The notes under the pieces: generated by a model
Databases searched by the model: none
What the model was told of the DNA's origin: nothing
What the model saw: the letters and a program-made list of their open reading frames with translations, nothing else
Source of the DNA: an uncultured Rhodopirellula sp.
GTDB taxonomy: Bacteria; Planctomycetota; Planctomycetia; Pirellulales; Pirellulaceae
Assembly: GCA_964007735.1 (NCBI GenBank)
Contig: CAXGAI010000001.1
Location: forward strand, 65,798 to 129,797
DNA length: 64,000 nucleotides
Direction of reading: 5' to 3'
Program-made: the position numbers and the translations under genes
Shown here: positions 57,730 to 64,000 of the stretch, piece after piece
How positions within the stretch are numbered: position 1 is the stretch's first letter
Layout of the letters: each line of letters begins with the position of its first letter

Positions 57730-59757
57730 TTGGATAGTGAATTTTTACAACCCGAGGACATTTTGGGCCCCGAAGGTCGTATTGCTGCACGGCTTAACAA
57801 CTACGAGCACCGTATGCAGCAATTGGAAATGGCAGATGCTGTCGCTGTTGCGTTGGCGGATCACTGCCACCTCGTTGTAGAAGCGGGAACCGGAGTTGGC
57901 AAGAGTTTTGCTTATCTGGTCCCGGCTATTTTGGCTGCAACAGACCCTGAAGATGGCATGTTGGAAACCGAAGATGGCGAAAAGCGTAATCGCCGGATTG
58001 TCATTTCTACGCATACTATCAGCCTTCAGGAACAACTACTCGGAAAAGATTTGCCGCTGCTCAATAGCGTTATCCCTCGTGAGTTTTCAGCGGTACTGGT
58101 GAAAGGTCGAGCTAACTATCTTAGTCAACGTCGGCTGAAGAATGCGGTGAAGCGAAGTGCAACTCTGTTTGAAGGTGATCAGGAGTTGGAGCAGCTTGAT
58201 TTGATCAACGAGTGGGCGAAAGAAACGACTGACGGTAGCCGCAGTACCCTACCATTCCAACCGGTTCCGGCGGTCTGGGATGAGGTTGCCAGTGATTCCG
58301 GAAATTGTATGGGGCGGGCATGTGCGTCTCATAAATCCTGCTTTTATTTCCGCGCCAGACGACGCATGGAGCACGCCCAGATCATCATCGTGAATCACGC
58401 CCTGTTTTTTAGTGATCTGGCTTTGCGTAGTCAGGGTGTAAGTATCCTGCCGGATTATGATGCGGTGATTTTAGACGAGGCTCATACCGTGGAAAGCGTC
58501 GCCGGGGATCATCTTGGCCCAAGTGTCACATCCGGCCAGATTTCATACATCCTCAAAAAATTGTATAACGATCGGACTAACAAAGGCTTGCTCGTTGAAG
58601 GGGGCCACACCAGGGCACAGCAACAGGTCAATCGTTGTTACATCGCAGCCGATGAGCTGTTTGGCACAATTCTGGATTGGAAGCAGAGCCAACCTAAGTC
58701 AAATGGACGAATACAGAAGAAGCAGATGTTTAAGAATGAGTTGAGTGGTGCGTTGTCCAGACTGGCCGGCATGATTAGGCAAATCGCATCCGGTGTTGAA
58801 GATACATCGGATCGAAAAGATTACACGTCAGCTGTGGCAAGGCTTGAAATTCTGTCCGACGCTTTGCATCAATGGATGGAACAATCTTCCCCAGATATGG
58901 TGTATTGGCTGGAAGCATACAATACGAAGCGGAGTGGTCCGCGGGTTTCGTTGCGAGGTGCTCCCTTGGATGTTGGACCGGCGTTACGGAAGGAGCTGTT
59001 CTCGAAAGTGCCGAGCGTGATTTTGACCAGCGCGACACTGGCCGTTGGGAACGATGAACAGTTCAACTTTTTCCGTTCGAGGGTTGGTTTGACCCAATCG
59101 AATCATTCGCAGATTGGTAGTCCGTTTGATTATGAGCGACAGGCAGAACTGATCTTGGTTCAGGGGATGCCGGATCCGTCCCAACAGAAGGGACAGTTTC
59201 GACAACAGACGGTTGAAATGATAAAACGCTACGTTGAACGTACCGACGGTCATGCATTTGTCTTGTGCACCAGTTATGACATGATTCGCTTTCTAACTTC
59301 TGCACTCTCCTCGTGGTTAACTGAAAAGCAACTTGGCATTATTAGTCAGGGTGACGGTGTACCACGAACAGAAATGGTACGCCGTTTCAAAGAGAATCCA
59401 CGCGCAGTTCTATTCGGGACAGATAGTTTTTGGCAGGGAGTGGATGTGCCGGGGGATGCTTTGCAAAACGTTATTATTCCACGTTTACCATTTAGTGTTC
59501 CTGATCAACCCTTGCTGGAAGCTCGATTGGAAAAGATCAAAGCGGAAGGGGGCAATCCTTTTATGGATTTCCAATTACCTGAAGCGACTATTAAATTCAA
59601 GCAGGGTTTTGGCCGCTTGATTAGAACGCGTAGCGATAATGGTATTGTGGTGGTTCTGGACCCAAGAATACGTACTAAATTCTATGGTCAATTATTTATT
59701 GACTCGTTGCCCAAAACGACGATTGTTACCGAATCGGTGGCCCAGCAGGAGTTTTAA
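57730..59757 (+). CDS. dinG: ATP-dependent DNA helicase, DinG/XPD-like (SF2, Fe-S type)
   Basis: Walker A VVEAGTGVGKSFAYL, a Cys cluster C-x5-C-x6-C (SGNCMGRACASHKSCFY), the DEAH box VILDEAHTVE and C-terminal motifs FWQGVDVPG / QGFGRLIRT. TTG start. Confidence 0.85.
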   Translation: MDSEFLQPEDILGPEGRIAARLNNYEHRMQQLEMADAVAVALADHCHLVVEAGTGVGKSFAYLVPAILAATDPEDGMLETEDGEKRNRRIVISTHTISLQEQLLGKDLPLLNSVIPREFSAVLVKGRANYLSQRRLKNAVKRSATLFEGDQELEQLDLINEWAKETTDGSRSTLPFQPVPAVWDEVASDSGNCMGRACASHKSCFYFRARRRMEHAQIIIVNHALFFSDLALRSQGVSILPDYDAVILDEAHTVESVAGDHLGPSVTSGQISYILKKLYNDRTNKGLLVEGGHTRAQQQVNRCYIAADELFGTILDWKQSQPKSNGRIQKKQMFKNELSGALSRLAGMIRQIASGVEDTSDRKDYTSAVARLEILSDALHQWMEQSSPDMVYWLEAYNTKRSGPRVSLRGAPLDVGPALRKELFSKVPSVILTSATLAVGNDEQFNFFRSRVGLTQSNHSQIGSPFDYERQAELILVQGMPDPSQQKGQFRQQTVEMIKRYVERTDGHAFVLCTSYDMIRFLTSALSSWLTEKQLGIISQGDGVPRTEMVRRFKENPRAVLFGTDSFWQGVDVPGDALQNVIIPRLPFSVPDQPLLEARLEKIKAEGGNPFMDFQLPEATIKFKQGFGRLIRTRSDNGIVVVLDPRIRTKFYGQLFIDSLPKTTIVTESVAQQEF

Positions 59758-60542
59758 TGCTCGTGGCCCGCATGAGGATCATCGCTAGGAGCAAGATTAA
59801 ACGAGCCATCGAGACCGCCGATTCCTTCAAGCTGCCAATGGGAGGCTCTTGATTCCGGAAAGATCTGACGCCAATATTGAATCCGAAATGCGAGCGATTC
59901 TTTCAGGTCACCCTTTAGTGGTAGTATATATTCCTGGACAAGCTGGGTTTCGTTCTTCCTAATGCCTCGTACGGATACGTTTTTGTGAATGATTAAATCA
60001 TCTGGTTTCCAGCGGTCGATATGATCGAGCAAGAGGTTAATAGGCTGCTTGGCGAATCGTGCTTTTTGTTCTTCAGCCATTCCTTGATCATTTTGATAGA
60101 ACTCTTCAATATCACGTACCTCGTGGTTGCGGCCTTGTACTGTCAGCATCACCTGATGAGCGTGCCCTAATTGACCGCTTTTGAGATAGCTAAGCCAGAC
60201 GCGGGTTTGTTCTGCTGCTTGCTCGTACAGATAGTTACGGTTGTTGTACTGGTTCCAGATACTCCAAACGCCAAAGCTGATACCAAGAAAGAGTCCCACG
60301 GTGGCAAGTCGTTTTCCCGTATATATTCCAGGTTCTCGTTTAATGTACCAGTAGCCAATGATTCCAAAGATGAAACCAAAAGTGGGAATGATAATTAATC
60401 CGGAAATATAAATCGCCAGTGGTGCTAGTACGGCGAAGACAACGGAAGTCATTGCTGCCCAATGGATACGACGATATCCAGTTTCTTCTCCCCAGCCATC
60501 ATGTGAGTTTGGTGATTTGTAGGGTGATCGTTCCTCAGCCAC
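59754..60542 (-). CDS. hypothetical membrane protein (DUF4190-like N-terminal TM hairpins plus a soluble C-terminal domain)
   Basis: 262 aa with four hydrophobic segments (MTSVVFAVLAPLAIYISGLIIIPTFGFIFGIIGYWYI..., LATVGLFLGISFGVWSIW). Last gene of the pilT operon. Confidence 0.6.
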   Translation of the reverse strand: MAEERSPYKSPNSHDGWGEETGYRRIHWAAMTSVVFAVLAPLAIYISGLIIIPTFGFIFGIIGYWYIKREPGIYTGKRLATVGLFLGISFGVWSIWNQYNNRNYLYEQAAEQTRVWLSYLKSGQLGHAHQVMLTVQGRNHEVRDIEEFYQNDQGMAEEQKARFAKQPINLLLDHIDRWKPDDLIIHKNVSVRGIRKNETQLVQEYILPLKGDLKESLAFRIQYWRQIFPESRASHWQLEGIGGLDGSFNLAPSDDPHAGHEH

Positions 60543-60596
60543 AGTTGGAGTTCCCGTTGATAAATCTGGAAATAGTCTTCCGTATTTCTACGTATA

Positions 60597-61937
60597 TTAA
60601 CTCGACAGTGCTCGCTGTAATTCCTGAATCGAAGTTACACCCTGGGCTAAATGGAGAATTCCTTCTTGCTGAGTGGATTTATTGCCAAGCTGTATAGCCA
60701 ATCGTCGAATCATATCAAGGTCTGGTTGAGTAGCGATTGCCTGACGCAGTTGATCATCCATTGTGATCAGTTCAAAGATCCCCGTTCTTCCGGAAAATCC
60801 GTTCCCCGAGCAATCTTCACATTTCTCAGGCAGATTTCCATTTTCGTCTGGCACCGGCTGGAAGTGCTGATACAGAACCTGTACATGTGAGGGCGGCAGG
60901 CCGAGTTGTTGAATATATTGAGGACCGGGCTGGAACGGTTGCTTGCAAGGATCACACAACTTACGGCACATCCGCATATGAAGCACCCCATTTAGACATT
61001 TGGCAAATTTGTCCGGGGCAACGCCGAGTGAGCGAATTTTGTGAATCGCCTCCACGCCGTCAGTAGCATTGATGGAAATGATCGACATGCGATTGTTATT
61101 CAATGCTTCTTCGCAGAGTGTATCGAGCGTATCTTTATCTGGTATTGAAGGTAAGACGTAGACATCAGGCTCTTTGAGTCTGGCCTTCGCGATTTGTTTT
61201 GGGAAGGTTTCTCCGGCAGTCAGATCGACTTCCATTGTTTCGATGTTTTCAACTTCAGTTTCTTTCAAACCTCGGGGCTCTAGGCAGATAAAATCCCGCA
61301 TAAAGCGGTCGGTTGCACCGAGTGCATGAGACCAGACTGTAGATAACCCTCCCCCATTTGCAGGTGCGGAAATAATGAAAATCCCACTGTGGATCTGCTG
61401 AGATTGATCTTCCATGTATTTTCCCGTCAGCCGTTTTAACTCTTCCAGAACGGCATCACGGATTCCCAGCTCATGGATTGCCTTAAAGCGAGGTTTTTTT
61501 GTTTGCAGCTTTAGGATAATTCGTTCGCCGGTTTGAGTACCGACAGTGGTGATATGACAACGACGTCCGAGTTCACCCGTGTTGGCAGTGAATTCTCCCT
61601 TTTGTTCGCTGACACGATCCTGAGCATCGAGATGCGCGAGCGTTTTCATCACCGCTACCATCATTGTGGCATTTTGAGGGTCAAGCAGAGGAAGCTGCTG
61701 CCATAATCCGTCCACTTCGATCTGAGATGTGGCACCTTGTACGGTGCAGTCAATGAGTATCCGCTCAGCATCATTGATAAGTGCTTCATAGAGCACTTGT
61801 TTCACGGGTACAATACCCATCGATTGCCGACATTGGATTTCGGCGGTTTGGTTTGCTGCGTTGTCGCCCGTAGTTGAACGTAGAACAACAGGGGGGCCCA
61901 TTTCATTTGGGTTCAGACCTTCAGTGTCAGTTGCCAT
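60597..61937 (-). CDS. GspE/PilB-family protein with degenerate ATPase motifs (predicted pseudo-ATPase)
   Basis: Collinear with T2SS/T4P assembly ATPases: N2-like region (...QIEVDGLW..., ...TGERIILKL) and the C-terminal CDPC...CEDCSGNGFSGRTGIFEL tetracysteine/GRxGI[YF]EL. The Walker A position reads SAPANGGGLST (nt 61344..61367), the Walker B/Asp-box position reads EPDVYVLPSIPDKDT, and the His-box position reads NNRMSIISINATDG. Confidence 0.8.
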   Translation of the reverse strand: MATDTEGLNPNEMGPPVVLRSTTGDNAANQTAEIQCRQSMGIVPVKQVLYEALINDAERILIDCTVQGATSQIEVDGLWQQLPLLDPQNATMMVAVMKTLAHLDAQDRVSEQKGEFTANTGELGRRCHITTVGTQTGERIILKLQTKKPRFKAIHELGIRDAVLEELKRLTGKYMEDQSQQIHSGIFIISAPANGGGLSTVWSHALGATDRFMRDFICLEPRGLKETEVENIETMEVDLTAGETFPKQIAKARLKEPDVYVLPSIPDKDTLDTLCEEALNNNRMSIISINATDGVEAIHKIRSLGVAPDKFAKCLNGVLHMRMCRKLCDPCKQPFQPGPQYIQQLGLPPSHVQVLYQHFQPVPDENGNLPEKCEDCSGNGFSGRTGIFELITMDDQLRQAIATQPDLDMIRRLAIQLGNKSTQQEGILHLAQGVTSIQELQRALSS

Positions 61938-61997
61938 TGTTGCGGTTGAATTTCCTCAATGGGTTGTGAAAAAATGGTGGAATAGTTAATTCCTAGA

Positions 61998-63164
61998 CTA
62001 AATAATACCCGGCGTCGAAACATTAATACCTTTAATGGCCATCTTAAGAGCATCTCGATTTGGTGCAACCTTAAACGCCGTTTCGCGATCGATTAGTTCG
62101 TCATCAATTAATTGCTTAAGACTCATTGTGAAGTCCTGCATGCCTTCTTCTGCACCAATTCGAATGGCGTCAGGAAGTTTTTCGTCGTGACCCTCGAGCA
62201 CTAACTTGGTAATCATTGGAGTAAAGGTCATTATTTCACAGGTGGGCACTCGACCAACCCCCTCTCGAATCGAAGGCAGTAGTTTCTGAGCGACAATCCC
62301 TTTCATGTTAAAAGCGATGGCACTGCGGATGGCACCGTGCATTTCTTCCGAGAAAAGGTCAAGAATACGCCCGATGGTGGTGGCTGAACTTGAAGCATGA
62401 ACGGTACCAAATACGAGGTGGCCTGTTTCCGCGGCATGGATCGCCGTCATAAACGTTTCTTCATCACGCATTTCACCCACGAGAATGATATCGGGGTCCT
62501 CTCGTACGGCGTGCTTCATTGCAATTTCAAAATCTTTCACATCCTGTCCAACTTCCCGTTGGTTGATGAGGCATTTATCCTCCGTGTAGACGAATTCGAT
62601 GGGGTCTTCAAGAGTCAGGATGTGCTTGCGATAGATACTGTTGATATAGTTCAGCATTGAAGCAATGGTGGTTGACTTGCCGGAGCCAGTAACCCCGGCC
62701 AGTAGAACCATCCCCTGATCAAAGTGACATAGTGTCTCCATCACAGGAGGTAAATGAAGTCCGCGGAAGTCAGGGATCCAGTTACTAATACGACGAGCGA
62801 CTAAACCGATATTGCCGAGTTGTGTCAGCATGTTCACACGGAAACGCCAGGTCTCCCCATCCACATCGACAGTGTAGGCAAAGTCAGCACCCCCTTCATC
62901 TTCGAAGATTTTCTGATTCTTCTTGTCCATCATGGGGAACAGCAAACGAACCATTTCTTCCCGTTCGATAGGTCCGCGATTTAACTCACGAAGCGTTCCG
63001 TCAACGCGAACGATCGGAGGACGGCCGACTTTGAGGTGCAGGTCGGATCCTTCCAGTTTTACTAGCGCGCGGAAAATCTTATCGACTTCGAGTTCTTCCT
63101 TCTTTTGAAGGAATCGCTCCATAACCTGTTCAACATTACCTGCTGATTGTTCTGTTGAGGCCAT
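61998..63164 (-). CDS. pilT: type IV pilus retraction ATPase PilT/PilU family
   Basis: GSDLHLKVGRPPIVRVDG, Walker A LAGVTGSGKSTT, LEDPIEF, Walker B REDPDIILVGEMRDEET, the His box AAETGHLVFGTVHA and the AIRN-like AIRSAIAFNMKGIVAQKLL. Confidence 0.9.
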   Translation of the reverse strand: MASTEQSAGNVEQVMERFLQKKEELEVDKIFRALVKLEGSDLHLKVGRPPIVRVDGTLRELNRGPIEREEMVRLLFPMMDKKNQKIFEDEGGADFAYTVDVDGETWRFRVNMLTQLGNIGLVARRISNWIPDFRGLHLPPVMETLCHFDQGMVLLAGVTGSGKSTTIASMLNYINSIYRKHILTLEDPIEFVYTEDKCLINQREVGQDVKDFEIAMKHAVREDPDIILVGEMRDEETFMTAIHAAETGHLVFGTVHASSSATTIGRILDLFSEEMHGAIRSAIAFNMKGIVAQKLLPSIREGVGRVPTCEIMTFTPMITKLVLEGHDEKLPDAIRIGAEEGMQDFTMSLKQLIDDELIDRETAFKVAPNRDALKMAIKGINVSTPGII

Positions 63165-63380
63165 CTTGTACTACTCCACGTATCCACGGGGTTCTGCCGG
63201 GCTTGTTTAACTTAAATTGTCTGAAGAGCTCAGACGTCTAATTGAAAAGTTGACTGTTAGGATTGTTCTCCGATTTCACAGTATAGACAAGTATAGCACA
63301 TGGATTTAACGGTGCGAGTTTACATAGATCACCGTACATATCGTGGAAAAGTTTGCTAACAAACCTTTCAGTTCTCGAGC

Positions 63381-63409
63381 TTATAGCTAGCCCGCAAATA
63401 ATCTATAAT
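63381..63409 (+). promoter_or_regulatory. possible sigma70-type promoter for the downstream TIM-barrel gene
   Basis: TTATAG (63381..63386), 17 nt, TATAAT (63404..63409), about 50 nt upstream of the ATG at 63460. This is a pattern match only. Confidence 0.25.
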
Positions 63410-63459
63410 GAAAATTGCATAATTCAAAAGATAGATACTTTTTGTTGGGCGAATAGTTT

Positions 63460-64000
63460 ATGGGTCAGTTTTTGTTACATCGCCGGCAAATAATGGCAGC
63501 AGCAGCGGCCGGCCTCTCTATGTTTGATTTACCACGCCTTTCCGCGTCAGAAGACCCATTTAATGGCTTGCCTATTGGAATTCAAACTTTCTCATTGCGT
63601 GGGTATAACCTGCTTGAAACCATTCGTCATATTCAGGGAATGGGGCTTCATTTTGTCGAGTTTTATCCGGACCATGTTCCTCAGACGATCGATGAGGAAG
63701 GCTTGAGAAATCTTAACCAATTGTTAAACAAGGCCGATATCAAAATGGCAGCTCATGGCGTTTGGAGCTTCAGTAATGATCACGAGTTTAACAAGAGCAT
63801 CTTCGATTTCGCTAAACGATTAGGGGTTAAATGCTTAACGGCTAACCCGGCGCCGGATTCGTTTGAATCACTTGATAAGTTGGTTGACGAGTATAAAATC
63901 CGAGTCGCGATCCATAACCATGGGCCGGATGCTTTGTACGATAAAATTAGCTCAGTAGTTGATGCAGTGAAGGACCATCATCCACTCATTGGATCCTGTG
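63460..64000 (+). CDS. sugar phosphate isomerase/epimerase (xylose-isomerase-like TIM barrel) with a Tat-like leader; the 3' end runs off the window
   Basis: Not in the ORF track because it is open at the edge. My own translation gives MGQFLLHRRQIMAAAAAGLSMFDLPRLSASEDPFNGLPIGIQTFSLRGYNLLETIRHIQGMGLHFVEFYPDHV...KIRVAIHNHGPD... Confidence 0.75.
   Translation, partial: MGQFLLHRRQIMAAAAAGLSMFDLPRLSASEDPFNGLPIGIQTFSLRGYNLLETIRHIQGMGLHFVEFYPDHVPQTIDEEGLRNLNQLLNKADIKMAAHGVWSFSNDHEFNKSIFDFAKRLGVKCLTANPAPDSFESLDKLVDEYKIRVAIHNHGPDALYDKISSVVDAVKDHHPLIGSC

Noticed and set aside
1-64000. CRISPR arrays, rRNA genes, and known defence or toxin-antitoxin modules
   Set aside because: I saw no regularly spaced 25-40-nt repeats and no 16S/23S/5S-like sequence. 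I also saw no cas, restriction-modification, Abi, retron RT or TA-like gene pairs. The only helicase (DinG-like) sits in a housekeeping context.

Overview
This 64-kb segment looks chromosomal and most likely comes from a member of the Planctomycetota (my inference, Planctomycetaceae-like). The evidence is the gene content: DUF1501, a DUF1552/DUF1592 pair, DUF1080, several Cys-type sulfatases plus a formylglycine-generating enzyme, Tat-signal Gfo/Idh/MocA oxidoreductases, and a large secreted protein with an N-terminal LEDRRLLA motif. I can support about 50 protein-coding genes and one tRNA (tRNA-Val, anticodon GAC). I found no rRNA, CRISPR array, transposase, integrase, toxin-antitoxin pair or recognisable defence system.

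Housekeeping genes:
- A split thrS-infC / rpmI-rplT-pheS translation cluster at the left end.
- thiS-thiG, a DinG-like helicase and pilT at the right end.

The remainder is accessory glycan-related content: three sulfatase-type genes, a sialidase, esterases, two sulfotransferases and an OafA-like acyltransferase.

Observations I consider most worth a second look:
1. A GspE/PilB-family paralogue (60597..61937) in which the Walker A, Walker B and His-box positions are all substituted while the Zn tetracysteine is intact. It sits in a tight pilT / pseudo-ATPase / membrane-protein operon.
2. A 75-76 bp direct repeat that duplicates the last 13 nt of tRNA-Val plus its terminator. The two copies bracket a ~1-kb cargo carrying an RDD-family gene, which resembles an att scar with no integrase. 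A third, partial copy lies further out.
3. A GT4 / two sulfotransferases / acyltransferase-SGNH cluster, which suggests synthesis of a sulfated, O-acylated glycoconjugate.
4. A 936-aa secreted protein made of four LamG-like modules alternating with cadherin-like segments.
5. A GXSXG hydrolase fused to a C2-like C-terminal domain.

All functional calls come from motif recognition by eye. No database search or folding computation was run.
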